From positions 32,001 to 96,000 of the forward strand of contig CAVZRV010000010.1 in the NCBI GenBank assembly GCA_963777605.1: a DNA stretch of 64,000 nucleotides, written 5' to 3'. Below, piece after piece: positions 39,250 to 49,460 of the stretch. This DNA comes from an uncultured Acidobacteriota bacterium. GTDB lineage: Bacteria > Acidobacteriota > UBA6911 > RPQK01 > JAPXNP01. The notes under the pieces were generated by a model that did not search any database, was not told where the DNA came from, and saw only the letters and a program-made list of their open reading frames with translations. Every line of letters begins with the position of its first letter. The first letter of the stretch is position 1. The translations under genes were made by a program, and so were the position numbers.

Positions 39250-39987
39250 TCAGCGGATGCGTTTGGCAAGGTCTTTCGCCATGAACTCGGCCCAGTCGAG
39301 CCGAACCAACATGTTTTCACTTCCCAGGTCCTCGAGGCTGACCGTGTTCGTTGAACGAAAGAAGTAGTCGTCAACGAGTCTGGTCGCCTCGTCAATCTGC
39401 ACGCGGAGGAATTCGAACTCTCTCCGGAACCCGTCTGAGTTGTCTTCTGCTGAACGGACAAAATTAATCTTTTTGTCCCGTTTCAACCCTACAAACAGGG
39501 TCGACAATCGATCCGCGAGGTCGTCGGACCGATCGGCCAACCGTCGCAGGGTCGCCACCAGCGCAATGCGGGCCGGGGTTTTGTCCTGCGTTGAAGCCTT
39601 CATCCAGCGGTCTCGCAGCTTCGTGGCCATGTCAAAAGCCTCGTTCAGATCGGCCAACTTCCCTTCGATCTCCCTCAGGAAAGCATCGATCTGGTTGTCG
39701 ACAAAGCTCTCAACAAACTCGTCTACGGGAGGCTCTCGCTGATAACGGGGATAGAGCGCCCGGAAAAAATCTCTCAAGAGCGTGTTTTGACGGGCCGCCG
39801 GCAGAGCCTCTCCCTCAGATTCATCTCCGGAGGGTTCCCCTTTGGAATCCTGGGCCAGGCACGGGCTGAAGGGCAGGTGCACTATCCAGAGCCCCACCAG
39901 AATCGAAAAGAAGAGCCGGTAAAACCGAAAACGGGAATGCACCGCCTGGTTAGGCCGCAAACTGAGTCGTCTCATGAACAGGCTCAT
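39250..39987 (-). CDS. hypothetical exported helical protein
   Basis: Fills the gap between convergent genes; hydrophobic signal-like segment ending CLAQ; helical, charged body. Confidence 0.65.
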   Translation of the reverse strand: MSLFMRRLSLRPNQAVHSRFRFYRLFFSILVGLWIVHLPFSPCLAQDSKGEPSGDESEGEALPAARQNTLLRDFFRALYPRYQREPPVDEFVESFVDNQIDAFLREIEGKLADLNEAFDMATKLRDRWMKASTQDKTPARIALVATLRRLADRSDDLADRLSTLFVGLKRDKKINFVRSAEDNSDGFRREFEFLRVQIDEATRLVDDYFFRSTNTVSLEDLGSENMLVRLDWAEFMAKDLAKRIR

Positions 39988-40053
39988 CGTTCTAACAGAG
40001 TTCCCGCGAATGGCGCGGGGTCTCGCAGATCTCTATCGTAACTCACTCCGGTC

Positions 40054-40872
40054 TCAGATGCCGCGGAGAAATATCCAGAGGATCGCGATCGACAGCAGAA
40101 ACCGGTAGAGAACGAACGGAAGGAAACTGCGCGTTTTCAGGAACTGAAGGAGGTACTTGATACAGGCGAACCCAACCACGAAGGAAGTAACCACACCGAT
40201 GACCACGCCGGCCGGAGTCAGACCCTCGGCCCCATTGCCGAGCACCAGGTTGAGAGCCCCGTCAAGGGCGCCGAGCGCAATGATCGGGCCGGCCAGCAGG
40301 AACGACAGCCGGGCCGATTCAGCGCGGGAGTAACCAAGAAACAGCGCCGCAGTGATGGTGATTCCGGAGCGGCTCACACCCGGGATGAGGGCCAGTGACT
40401 GAGCCAGGCCGACCAGGAGGGCGTCCCTGAGGTCCACCTGGGCCACCGCCTTCTTACCTTTTCTGCGGTCTGCCACCAGCAGCAAAAACCCGAACACCGA
40501 AAGGGTCACAACGGTCACCATCGGGGTTCGAGCGTACTCTTCGATCGGGTCTCTGAAGATCAGAGCAACCACGATCGCAGGCAGTGTGGCGATCACCAAT
40601 GCGTCGAGCAGGGAGTTCGGACCACCCACCAGTTGCCGATTGCGAAGTCGGGTGAAGAATTCCTCCATAACTCCCTTCCAGTCCTCCCAAAAATAGATCA
40701 GGACGGCCAGCAGGGTACCTCCGTGAATGACCACGTCGAAGAGGATTCCCATGGGGACCCAGCCCAGCATCCACGGAATCAGAATGAGGTGAGCCGAGCT
40801 GCTGATCGGCAGAAACTCGGTCAGGCCCTGAAAGACACCCAGGATCATCGACTGCCAGAGAGGATCAAGCAT
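40054..40872 (-). CDS. uppP: undecaprenyl-diphosphate phosphatase
   Basis: QGLTEFLPISSSAHL, HGGT, Q.LALIPGVSRSG.T. Confidence 0.96.
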   Translation of the reverse strand: MLDPLWQSMILGVFQGLTEFLPISSSAHLILIPWMLGWVPMGILFDVVIHGGTLLAVLIYFWEDWKGVMEEFFTRLRNRQLVGGPNSLLDALVIATLPAIVVALIFRDPIEEYARTPMVTVVTLSVFGFLLLVADRRKGKKAVAQVDLRDALLVGLAQSLALIPGVSRSGITITAALFLGYSRAESARLSFLLAGPIIALGALDGALNLVLGNGAEGLTPAGVVIGVVTSFVVGFACIKYLLQFLKTRSFLPFVLYRFLLSIAILWIFLRGI

Positions 40873-40958
40873 AGGCCCGCTATCTTAACCCAACCGTCTG
40901 CACAGAGCGGGTCGACTTCAGTGCCCCTTCTCCGGTTGAGTCGCTCGTCGGAGCGCGG

Positions 40959-40967
40959 TGCTATACT
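40959..40967 (+). promoter_or_regulatory. extended -10 element upstream of guaA
   Basis: TGCTATACT (TGn-TATACT) about 87 nt before ATG 41054. Confidence 0.45.
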
Positions 40968-41053
40968 GCGGCTTGTTCCAGCGGCCGACTTTAGTCTTTC
41001 CGTGAGGCGGCCGTCCCCAAAGTGACTGGGCCATGCTCCGTTCGGAGAAACCA

Positions 41054-42595
41054 ATGTCGGACCATAGAGAAACTGTCTTAATTCTGGATTTTGGGTCCCA
41101 GTACACCCAGTTGATCGCCCGTCGAATCCGCGAGGCCAGCGTCTACTCGGAGATTCTTCCCTTCAACACGCCCTGGCAGGAAATCGAGGAACGTTCCCCC
41201 ACAGCGATCATTCTTTCCGGGGGGCCAAGTTCGGTGTTCGAAGAGGCGTCTCCTCATCCCGATCCAGGCCTCTGGGGTTTCCAGGGTCCAATCCTCGGCA
41301 TCTGCTACGGGATGCAGCTCCTGGTTCACTCACTGGGGGGCGTTGTGGAGAAAGCACCTCACCACGAGTACGGAAAGGCGAGCATCTCCGTATCGGAGGA
41401 AAGCGACCTCTTCACAGGGCTTTCTCGCGATCTGACGGTCTGGATGAGTCACGGGGACCATATTAGTTCCCTTCCCGGCGGATTCAGGCCCGCGGCACAG
41501 TCAAGTTCGGCAATGGCCGCCATGGAGGATCCGAACCGGCGCATCTACGGGCTTCAGTTCCACCCCGAAGTGGTCCACACTCCACAGGGGACCGAGATTC
41601 TCAAGAACTTCCTCTTCCGCGTTTGCGGGTGCCGTGGAGACTGGACGATTGCCTCCTTCGTGGAGGACGCTATCGATGCAATCCGTAATCAGGTGGGTGA
41701 AGGGCACGCCGTTTGCGGACTTTCCGGAGGGGTTGACTCGACCGTTGCCGCCCTTCTCGTTCATTCCGCCATTGGCGATCGCCTCACCTGCGTTTTCGTA
41801 GACAATGGGCTCCTCCGCCAGAACGAGTTCGAACAGGTTCTGACGACGTTTCGCGACAACCTCAATCTCAACCTCCATGGTGTCGATGCATCGGCAAGCT
41901 TCCTTGGGCGCCTTCGCAACGTGGTCGATCCGGAACGCAAGCGAAAAATCATCGGGGAGGAGTTCATCCTGGTCTTCGAGGCTGAAGCTGGAAAACTCGG
42001 TCCGATCGAGTTCCTGGTCCAGGGAACGCTCTATCCCGATGTCATTGAGTCGGTCTCGGTCAAGGGTCCGTCCGCGGTGATCAAGAGCCATCACAATGTC
42101 GGTGGACTCCCCGAGAAGATGAATCTCCGTCTCGTCGAACCCCTTCGGGAACTGTTCAAGGACGAAGTCCGCGCCGTCGGTCGGGAACTCGGCCTGCCCG
42201 ACCGGTTCGTCAACCGCCAGCCTTTCCCCGGGCCTGGATTGGCAGTACGCATTATCGGAGAGGTCACCGAAGAACGGCTCCACCTCTTGCGACAGGCGGA
42301 TGCAGTGGTGCAGGACGAGATTCGCAAAGCGGGCTTGTACGAGAAGATCTGGCAGTCTTTTGCGGTCCTCCTTCCGGTCAAGAGTGTCGGAGTCATGGGC
42401 GACGGGAGGACCTATGAGAACGTGATCGCGGTTCGGGCGGTAGACAGTCGGGACGGCATGACGGCGGACTGGGTCCAGCTTCCGTATGACCTCCTCGGCC
42501 GAATCTCCAGCCGGATCGTCAACGAGATTCGAGGTGTCAACCGGGTCGTTTACGATATCAGTTCGAAGCCGCCAAGCACGATCGAATGGGAGTGA
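41054..42595 (+). CDS. guaA: GMP synthase (glutamine-hydrolysing)
   Basis: [52 protein letters not shown]. Confidence 0.98.
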   Translation: MSDHRETVLILDFGSQYTQLIARRIREASVYSEILPFNTPWQEIEERSPTAIILSGGPSSVFEEASPHPDPGLWGFQGPILGICYGMQLLVHSLGGVVEKAPHHEYGKASISVSEESDLFTGLSRDLTVWMSHGDHISSLPGGFRPAAQSSSAMAAMEDPNRRIYGLQFHPEVVHTPQGTEILKNFLFRVCGCRGDWTIASFVEDAIDAIRNQVGEGHAVCGLSGGVDSTVAALLVHSAIGDRLTCVFVDNGLLRQNEFEQVLTTFRDNLNLNLHGVDASASFLGRLRNVVDPERKRKIIGEEFILVFEAEAGKLGPIEFLVQGTLYPDVIESVSVKGPSAVIKSHHNVGGLPEKMNLRLVEPLRELFKDEVRAVGRELGLPDRFVNRQPFPGPGLAVRIIGEVTEERLHLLRQADAVVQDEIRKAGLYEKIWQSFAVLLPVKSVGVMGDGRTYENVIAVRAVDSRDGMTADWVQLPYDLLGRISSRIVNEIRGVNRVVYDISSKPPSTIEWE

Positions 42596-42626
42596 GTCGG
42601 GTGATCAGAAATGTGAGACAGACGGT

Positions 42627-45600
42627 ATGAGTTTTTGCCACCTTCATTTACATAGCCACTACAGCCTCCTCGACGGAGCTAACCGGATCGACGACGTTGT
42701 CCGGAAAGCCGCCGAAATGAACATGCCGGCGGTCGCCCTGACCGATCACGGAAACTTGTTCGGCGCCGTCCAGTTTCACGACACCGCCCTCAAGACCGGC
42801 GTGAAGCCGATCATCGGTTGCGAAGTCTACGTCGCCCGCCAGGGGCGCCGCCACCGGGACGGCCGCTCGTCTGGAAGCAACCATCTCATCCTGCTGGCCG
42901 AGAATCAGACCGGCTACAACAATCTTGTGAAGCTGGTTTCCCTGGGATACCTGGAAGGCTTCTATTACCGGCCCCGGGTGGACAAGGAACTCCTCAACCG
43001 GTACTCGGAGGGGTTGATCTGTCTCTCCGCTTGTCTCCAGGGCTCGGTAGCTCAAAATCTGGTCGGCGATCGCTACGACGTTGCCCGCCGCGAAGCCGGG
43101 GAACTCAGCGAGATCTTTGGCCCGGGCAACTTCTACCTCGAATTGCAGGACCATGAGATCGAAGACCAGAAGACGGTCAACCGGGGCGTCCTTAAGTTGG
43201 CCCGAGAACTTGGCCTGCCCATGGTGGCAACCAATGACTGCCATTACCTGGAAAGGGTCGACGCTCACGCTCACGACCTACTCCTCTGCATCCAGACCGG
43301 CAAGACCCTCGAAGACACCGATCGGCTTGCCTACAAGACGGAGGAGTTCTACTTCAAGACACCGGAAGAAATGGCGGCACTCTTTCAGGACGTGCCGGAG
43401 GCTCTTTCCAACACCTTGCGGGTGGCCGAGCGCTGCAACTTCCAGTTTGGGCCGACCGAGAACATCTTCCCCGACTTCGACGTCCCGGCCGGCTACACTG
43501 TCGATTCCTATTTCGAGCGGATCGCTCGCGAAGGATACGAGGAACGGCTCACCAAGCTCAGGCGTTACGAGCAGGCCGGGCGCCTGCGGCACACGCTCGA
43601 AGAATATCGACAGCGGCTCGACAGCGAGATCCGGGTGATCCAGCAAATGAGGTTTTCGGCCTATTTTCTGATCGTCTGGGATTTTATCCGCCACGCTCGC
43701 GAAAACGGAATCCCAGTCGGCCCCGGCCGCGGATCGGCAGCCGGCAGCCTGGTCTCCTACGCCCTTCGAATCACCGACGTGGATCCCCTTCATTATGATC
43801 TCCTGTTCGAGCGCTTCCTCAACCCGGAACGGGTCACCCCGCCGGATATCGATATTGACTTCTGCATGCTCCGGCGAGGACAGGTCATCGACTACGTCAC
43901 CGACCGTTACGGCCGCGACAACGTAAGCCACATCATTACTTTTGGGACGATGGCGGCCCGTGGAGCCATCCGCGACGTGGGGCGCAGCATGAACGTCCCC
44001 TACCAGGAAGTGGACAAGATCGCCAAGTTGGTCCCGCCCGGACCCGGAGTCACCCTCGAGAAGAGTCTCGAGACCGTCAAAGAACTCCAGGAAGTCGCCG
44101 ACAGCCATCCACGCTACGGAGAACTGCTCAACGTTGCCCGAAGACTGGAAGGGCTTTCGCGCCACGCCTCGGTGCACGCTGCCGGGGTTGTCATCGCCCC
44201 CAAGCCATTGATTGAACTGGTGCCGCTCTTCCGTACGAACAAGGAGGAAATCACCACCCAGTACCCCATGAGCGACCTGGAACGGCTCGGGCTGCTCAAA
44301 ATGGATTTCCTCGGGCTGACGACTCTCACGGTCATTGACCAGGCGCTCGAGCAGATTCGCGACCAGTGCGGCGAGGACCTGAAGTTGCACGAGATCGCTC
44401 TGGACGATCCAGAAACGCTCAAGCTGTTCTGTGAAGGCCGAACCGGCGGAATCTTCCAGTTTGAGTCCGCCGGGATGAGAGACATCCTCCGTCGGCTCCA
44501 GCCGAGCCGGTTCGAAGACCTCATCGCGTTGAACGCGCTCTACCGTCCCGGGCCTATCCAGGGCGGAATGATCGACGACTTCATCAATCGCCGGCACGGC
44601 CAGGTCGAGGTCAGCTACGAACTGCCCCAACTCGAAGAAGTCCTCCAGGAGACGTATGGTGTCATCGTCTACCAGGAACAGGTCATGCAGATTGCGAGCA
44701 GGCTCGCCGGGTTCAGCCTCGGACAGGCCGACCTGCTCCGCCGGGCGATGGGGAAGAAGAAGAAGTCGGTCATGGAAGCCCTGCGGAAGAAATTCCTGGA
44801 TGGCGCCAAAGAGCGCAGCATCGACCACAACAAGGCCTGCCGGATATTCGACCTCATGGAGCGGTTCGCCGGTTACGGCTTCAACAAGAGCCACTCGACC
44901 GCCTATGCCCTGCTCGCCTACCAGACCGGCTACCTGAAAGCCCACTATCCGGTTCAGTTCATGGCGGCGCTGCTGACCAGTGAAATGTCGAACACGGACA
45001 AGATCGTCCAGTACCTGGGAGAAGCTCGGGAAATGGACCTCGAAGTTCTGCCCCCCGACATCAACAAGAGCCACGTTCACTTCATGGGAAGTGGCGAGAA
45101 GGCGATCCGCTTTGGTCTGGCCGCGATCAAGAACGTCGGTGAGGGCGCCATCCGGGCTATCATCCAAAAGCGCTCCGAAGTCGGGCCCTTCACATGCTTC
45201 TTCGAGTTTTGCGAAGCGCTGGATCTCCGGACGCTCAACAAGCGGACGCTCGAGTCACTCATCAAGGCCGGCACATTCGACTCCGTCTACCCTAAGAGGA
45301 AGTCCCTGATCGAGGTGCTGGACCGGGCCGTTGAGCACGCCCAGAAACGGCAAAAAGACAAGATCAGCGGCCAAGGCGACCTGTTCGGCGTGATGGCCGA
45401 GACCGAGGATGCCGGGGCCGTCGCGATACCCGATCGCGGAGAGTGGATTGACCGGGAGAAGTGGACCTACGAGAAGGAAGTTCTCGGGTTCTATCTTTCG
45501 GGGCACCCGCTCGAAAAATTCCAGGCGGAGCTTAGCCGTTTCTGCCGTTTCTCGGTGGCCGAAGTAACTCCCGACGTGGCGGGGCAGGATGTCTCACTGG

Positions 45601-46094
45601 GGGGTGTCGTCTCAGGTCACCGCCGGCTCCAGACGAAGAAAGGCGACACCATGGCGATCTTCCAGCTGGAAGACATGTCGGGAACCGTTGACGTCCTGAT
45701 GTGGCCGGCAGTTTACGAGAAGTTCAAGCAGTATCTCGAGGGAGACACGCCGGTCTGTGTTCGGGGCCGATGTGACGTTGACGCTCGGGGAGAAGTGAAG
45801 ATTCTGGCCTCGGACCTGATGGATCTATCGTCCGTCTGGAAGAACGGGGTTCAGAGGGCGCGGATCCGGATTCCGGTGACCCGGTTGGAAGGCAACCGAG
45901 TAGACCGTCTTCAGAGCCTGCTCCGGCGATACCCGGGTCAGTGTGCTCTCGAGTTCGAGTTAATTGAGAAAGCCCGTTTCCTGGTCCACCTGATTCCGTC
46001 TGATCCGATATCCATCAACCCGGTGCCGGATTTCGTCAATGAAGTGGAGAGTCTGTTTGGGGAGAAATCCTGTATACTTGAAATCCCTTGCTAG
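42627..46094 (+). CDS. dnaE: DNA polymerase III alpha subunit
   Basis: PHP domain HLHLHSHYSLLDG, GPGRGSAAGS, PDIDIDF, HAAGVV, KMDFLGL, YGFNKSH; start ATG 42627. Confidence 0.98.
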   Translation: MSFCHLHLHSHYSLLDGANRIDDVVRKAAEMNMPAVALTDHGNLFGAVQFHDTALKTGVKPIIGCEVYVARQGRRHRDGRSSGSNHLILLAENQTGYNNLVKLVSLGYLEGFYYRPRVDKELLNRYSEGLICLSACLQGSVAQNLVGDRYDVARREAGELSEIFGPGNFYLELQDHEIEDQKTVNRGVLKLARELGLPMVATNDCHYLERVDAHAHDLLLCIQTGKTLEDTDRLAYKTEEFYFKTPEEMAALFQDVPEALSNTLRVAERCNFQFGPTENIFPDFDVPAGYTVDSYFERIAREGYEERLTKLRRYEQAGRLRHTLEEYRQRLDSEIRVIQQMRFSAYFLIVWDFIRHARENGIPVGPGRGSAAGSLVSYALRITDVDPLHYDLLFERFLNPERVTPPDIDIDFCMLRRGQVIDYVTDRYGRDNVSHIITFGTMAARGAIRDVGRSMNVPYQEVDKIAKLVPPGPGVTLEKSLETVKELQEVADSHPRYGELLNVARRLEGLSRHASVHAAGVVIAPKPLIELVPLFRTNKEEITTQYPMSDLERLGLLKMDFLGLTTLTVIDQALEQIRDQCGEDLKLHEIALDDPETLKLFCEGRTGGIFQFESAGMRDILRRLQPSRFEDLIALNALYRPGPIQGGMIDDFINRRHGQVEVSYELPQLEEVLQETYGVIVYQEQVMQIASRLAGFSLGQADLLRRAMGKKKKSVMEALRKKFLDGAKERSIDHNKACRIFDLMERFAGYGFNKSHSTAYALLAYQTGYLKAHYPVQFMAALLTSEMSNTDKIVQYLGEAREMDLEVLPPDINKSHVHFMGSGEKAIRFGLAAIKNVGEGAIRAIIQKRSEVGPFTCFFEFCEALDLRTLNKRTLESLIKAGTFDSVYPKRKSLIEVLDRAVEHAQKRQKDKISGQGDLFGVMAETEDAGAVAIPDRGEWIDREKWTYEKEVLGFYLSGHPLEKFQAELSRFCRFSVAEVTPDVAGQDVSLGGVVSGHRRLQTKKGDTMAIFQLEDMSGTVDVLMWPAVYEKFKQYLEGDTPVCVRGRCDVDARGEVKILASDLMDLSSVWKNGVQRARIRIPVTRLEGNRVDRLQSLLRRYPGQCALEFELIEKARFLVHLIPSDPISINPVPDFVNEVESLFGEKSCILEIPC

Positions 46095-46148
46095 CGGTTC
46101 TGGGGCCAATCGGAGAATTCGAGATTTTGTTTCCGCTCGGTGTATCCC

Positions 46149-47072
46149 ATGAAAAATGAGGAACTTGAGGAATTGGAGCAGCTTCGCGAAAAGGTCAGTC
46201 AAAGTGCTGCCTCCGGGAGCCGCGAAGTCGATCAGCTTCGGGAACGGATCAGCCAGTTGGAGAGCCGGTTGCAGGGCGAAATGGCGGCTTGGGACCACGT
46301 CCAGCTCTCGCGTCATGAGCGACGGCCTTATACCCTCGACTACGTGGCGCGAATTTTCTCGGGCTTTCATGAAATTCATGGAGACAGGCGCTATTCGGAC
46401 GATCCTGCAATAGTCGGCGGAATGGCTCTCCTCGACAACGATCCCGTGATGCTGATCGGTCAGCAGAAGGGTCGCAATACCAAGGAGAGGCTCTTCAGAA
46501 ACTACGGGATGCCGAGTCCGGAAGGATATCGTAAGGCGCTTCGACTCATGCGGCTGGCGGAGAAGTTCGGCCGGCCGATCATCTGCTTCATCGACACGCC
46601 CGGAGCGTACCCGGGTATCGGCGCCGAGGAGCGGGGCCAGGCCCAGGCGATTGCAGAAAACCTGATGGTCATGGCCCAGATCAGGGTTCCCATCGTCGTC
46701 GCGGTACTCGGTGAGGGCGGCAGCGGCGGTGCGCTTGCCATCGGAGTCGGGAATCGCGTGCTCATGTTCGAGCATTCCATATACTCGGTCATCTCCCCCG
46801 AGAGCTGCTCCGCCATTCTCTGGAAGGACCAGGAGCACGCCCGGGAAGCAGCAGAAGCTCTCAAGCTGACTTCACGGTACCTCCACCGATTCAAAGTCGT
46901 CGATGAGGTCGTTCCGGAGCCCCCGGAAGGCGCGCACGAAGACTGGGATCTTGCAGCGGACTTGCTCAAGAAGGCCCTGGTGAGGAACCTGAAGTCGCTC
47001 TTCAGCCTCTCGGCCGAGGAGTTGATTGCCCAGCGTTACAAACGCTTCCGCCACATCGGCGAAATCGCCTAG
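46149..47072 (+). CDS. accA: acetyl-CoA carboxylase carboxyltransferase alpha
   Basis: RPYTLDY, HGDR..DDPAIVGG, PEGYRKA, IDTPGAYPG, GEGGSGGALA. Confidence 0.97.
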   Translation: MKNEELEELEQLREKVSQSAASGSREVDQLRERISQLESRLQGEMAAWDHVQLSRHERRPYTLDYVARIFSGFHEIHGDRRYSDDPAIVGGMALLDNDPVMLIGQQKGRNTKERLFRNYGMPSPEGYRKALRLMRLAEKFGRPIICFIDTPGAYPGIGAEERGQAQAIAENLMVMAQIRVPIVVAVLGEGGSGGALAIGVGNRVLMFEHSIYSVISPESCSAILWKDQEHAREAAEALKLTSRYLHRFKVVDEVVPEPPEGAHEDWDLAADLLKKALVRNLKSLFSLSAEELIAQRYKRFRHIGEIA

Positions 47073-47120
47073 GGACGGATCAGCGGGTGGAGCAGGCAAA
47101 ATCTCTCTGGCGGGCAGATC

Positions 47121-47624
47121 GTGAAATCTCCCGAACATCGTTTCTTCGCTGATGTCATGCTGGGGAGCCTGGCCCGCTGGCTGCGAATTCTCGGGTACGA
47201 CACCGCCTACGATCGAACTATCGAAGATGCCAGGCTGGTGGAACTGTGCCACCTCCAGGGCCGGATCGCCCTGACGAAGGATCGCCGGCTGGCCAAACGC
47301 AAGGCCCTGCACCACGTGTTCCTGATCAAGGAGGTCCACCTGGGGGAGCAACTTGGCGAGGTCTTGGACAAAACCGGGGACCGGGTTGAAGATCTGCCTC
47401 TGTTCTCAAGATGTCTCGAGTGCAACCGGGAGCTGGTTGAGACCGCTCCGGAGAAGATCCGCGGCCGGGTTCCTGAATATACTTACAATACGCAGAATCG
47501 TTTTCGCGTCTGTCCGGAGTGTGGCCGGGTCTACTGGCCGGGCACGCACCGGAATCGGATCCTTGGTCGGCTGCGCCAGCTCCTGGGCTCACGGGAGCCA
47601 GTCAAAGATTCCGAGTGCCCGTGA
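47121..47624 (+). CDS. Mut7-C RNase domain protein (PIN-like plus Zn ribbon)
   Basis: FFADVMLGSLARWLRILGYD, LTKD, SRCLECN, CPECGRVYWPGTH. Confidence 0.9.
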   Translation: MKSPEHRFFADVMLGSLARWLRILGYDTAYDRTIEDARLVELCHLQGRIALTKDRRLAKRKALHHVFLIKEVHLGEQLGEVLDKTGDRVEDLPLFSRCLECNRELVETAPEKIRGRVPEYTYNTQNRFRVCPECGRVYWPGTHRNRILGRLRQLLGSREPVKDSECP

Positions 47625-47676
47625 AGGCGATCGATCGAATGCGTATAATGACGACTTTCACTCTGGAGATACCGCC

Positions 47677-49452
47677 ATGGAACACCTAGGAGAGCTCGAA
47701 AGGACCTGTTATTGCGGAGAAGTAGGAGAAGCACACGTCGGCGATGTGCTGACGGTGATGGGTTGGGTTGACCGGGTCAGAGACCTTGGAAACCTGATCT
47801 TCATTGACCTGCGTGACCGCAGCGGCATCGTTCAGGTCGTGGCGAGCCCCGACGTTCCCGAGTGTCTCGAGAAGGCCAGTCAAGTACGTCCCGAATTCGT
47901 CCTTTCAGTAACCGGGGACCTGAGAAAGCGCGACCCGGAAACGGTAAACGCCGAGCTTGGGACCGGTACGGTCGAGATCCACGCCACTGAATTCCGCATT
48001 CTCAACCGCTCGCAGACTCCTCCGTTCCCCATTAACGAGGACGTGACAGCCTCCGAGGAAACACGCCTGCGATATCGGTACCTCGATCTTCGCCGGCGTC
48101 CCTTGCAGAAGAACATTCGACTTCGTCACCAGATATGCCTGGAAACCCGGCGCGCCCTCGATGAGGAAGGGTTTCTTGAGATCGAGACTCCGTTCCTGAC
48201 CAAATCGACGCCCGAGGGAGCCCGGGACTACCTGGTACCCAGCCGGGTACACCGCGGACAGTTCTTTGCCTTGCCCCAGTCCCCTCAGCTCTTCAAGCAG
48301 CTGTTGATGGTGGCGGGAATGGACCGCTACTTCCAGATCGTCCGGTGCTTTCGGGACGAGGATCTCAGGGCCGACCGTCAGCCGGAATTCACCCAGGTCG
48401 ATATCGAGCTTTCCTTTCCTACTGAAGAGACTGTCTTTCACCTAATCGAGCGGCTCTTGAAGCGGATGTTCAAGGTGGCCGGAATCGAGATCGATGGGGC
48501 CTTCCCCCGACTGAAGTACGACGACGCTATCTCCCGTTATGGCACGGATCGGCCGGACACAAGGTACGGATTGGAGCTCGCCGACGTGACATCGGCCTTC
48601 CGGGAAACTCCCTTCCAGGTCTTCCGTCAGATCGTCGAAGCGGGTGGGCTGGTCAAGGGAATCGCCGTTCCTGCCGGCCAGAACTATTCCCGCAAGGATC
48701 TCGACAACTTCACTGATTTCGTCAAGCAATACGGTGCGGCGGCCCTCTCGTGGATTCGGACCCAGCCTGAGGGCGGAATTCGAAGTTCGCTGCCGAAAGT
48801 TGTCCCTGAGAGCCAGTTGCAAGAAGCTGCTTCCTTGGCCGGGCTCGGGCGGGACCAGCACCTCCTCATGGTTGCCGGGACTTCCAAGGTAGTCCATGAC
48901 TCGCTGGCGGCGCTTCGCCAGCACCTGGCCAACCAGCTTCAGCTGATCCCCGCCAATCGCTGGGATCTTCTCTGGGTCTACGATTTCCCGCTTCTCGGGT
49001 GGGACTCCGACGAGGAACGCTACGTTGCACTCCACCATCCCTTCACTTCTCCGAAGGACGATGACCTGGAACTCCTCAAGAGCGACCCGGGCTCGGTCAA
49101 GGCGAGGGCCTATGACGTGGTCTTAAACGGCATCGAGATCGGGGGAGGTTCGATTCGTATTCACCGGGAAGATATTCAGAGACAGGTCTTCGAAGCCCTG
49201 AGGATCGCATCATCCGAAGCCGAGGAACGCTTCGGATTCCTGCTCGAGGCACTCCATTTCGGCGCTCCTCCTCACGGTGGTATCGCCCTTGGCCTCGACC
49301 GGATCGTCATGCTCCTGGCAGGGGAACGGTCGATTCGTGAAGTGATCGCCTTTCCGAAGACGGCCAAGGCCATCGACCTGATGTGTGCGGCTCCCTCGAC
49401 AGTGAGCGAAAGACAGTTGCGCGAGCTGCACATCAATCTCCGAAAGCTCTGA
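47677..49452 (+). CDS. aspS: aspartate-tRNA ligase
   Basis: FIDLRD, RYRYLDLR, TPEGARDY, LPQSPQLFKQ, FRDED, PPHGG.ALGLDR; TATAAT 47644 and GGAG SD upstream. Confidence 0.98.
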   Translation: MEHLGELERTCYCGEVGEAHVGDVLTVMGWVDRVRDLGNLIFIDLRDRSGIVQVVASPDVPECLEKASQVRPEFVLSVTGDLRKRDPETVNAELGTGTVEIHATEFRILNRSQTPPFPINEDVTASEETRLRYRYLDLRRRPLQKNIRLRHQICLETRRALDEEGFLEIETPFLTKSTPEGARDYLVPSRVHRGQFFALPQSPQLFKQLLMVAGMDRYFQIVRCFRDEDLRADRQPEFTQVDIELSFPTEETVFHLIERLLKRMFKVAGIEIDGAFPRLKYDDAISRYGTDRPDTRYGLELADVTSAFRETPFQVFRQIVEAGGLVKGIAVPAGQNYSRKDLDNFTDFVKQYGAAALSWIRTQPEGGIRSSLPKVVPESQLQEAASLAGLGRDQHLLMVAGTSKVVHDSLAALRQHLANQLQLIPANRWDLLWVYDFPLLGWDSDEERYVALHHPFTSPKDDDLELLKSDPGSVKARAYDVVLNGIEIGGGSIRIHREDIQRQVFEALRIASSEAEERFGFLLEALHFGAPPHGGIALGLDRIVMLLAGERSIREVIAFPKTAKAIDLMCAAPSTVSERQLRELHINLRKL

Positions 49453-49460
49453 GGAGTACG

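Noticed and set aside
43278-45167. 629-aa minus-strand ORF, and similar long antisense ORFs at 13429-14925, 20190-21554, 27946-29502, 37177-38457 and 58642-59799
   Set aside because: Each lies opposite a well-supported gene and has no recognisable motifs; expected from codon bias in GC-rich DNA
42627-46094. Intein in dnaE
   Set aside because: Length (about 1155 aa) is normal and YGFNKSH is uninterrupted
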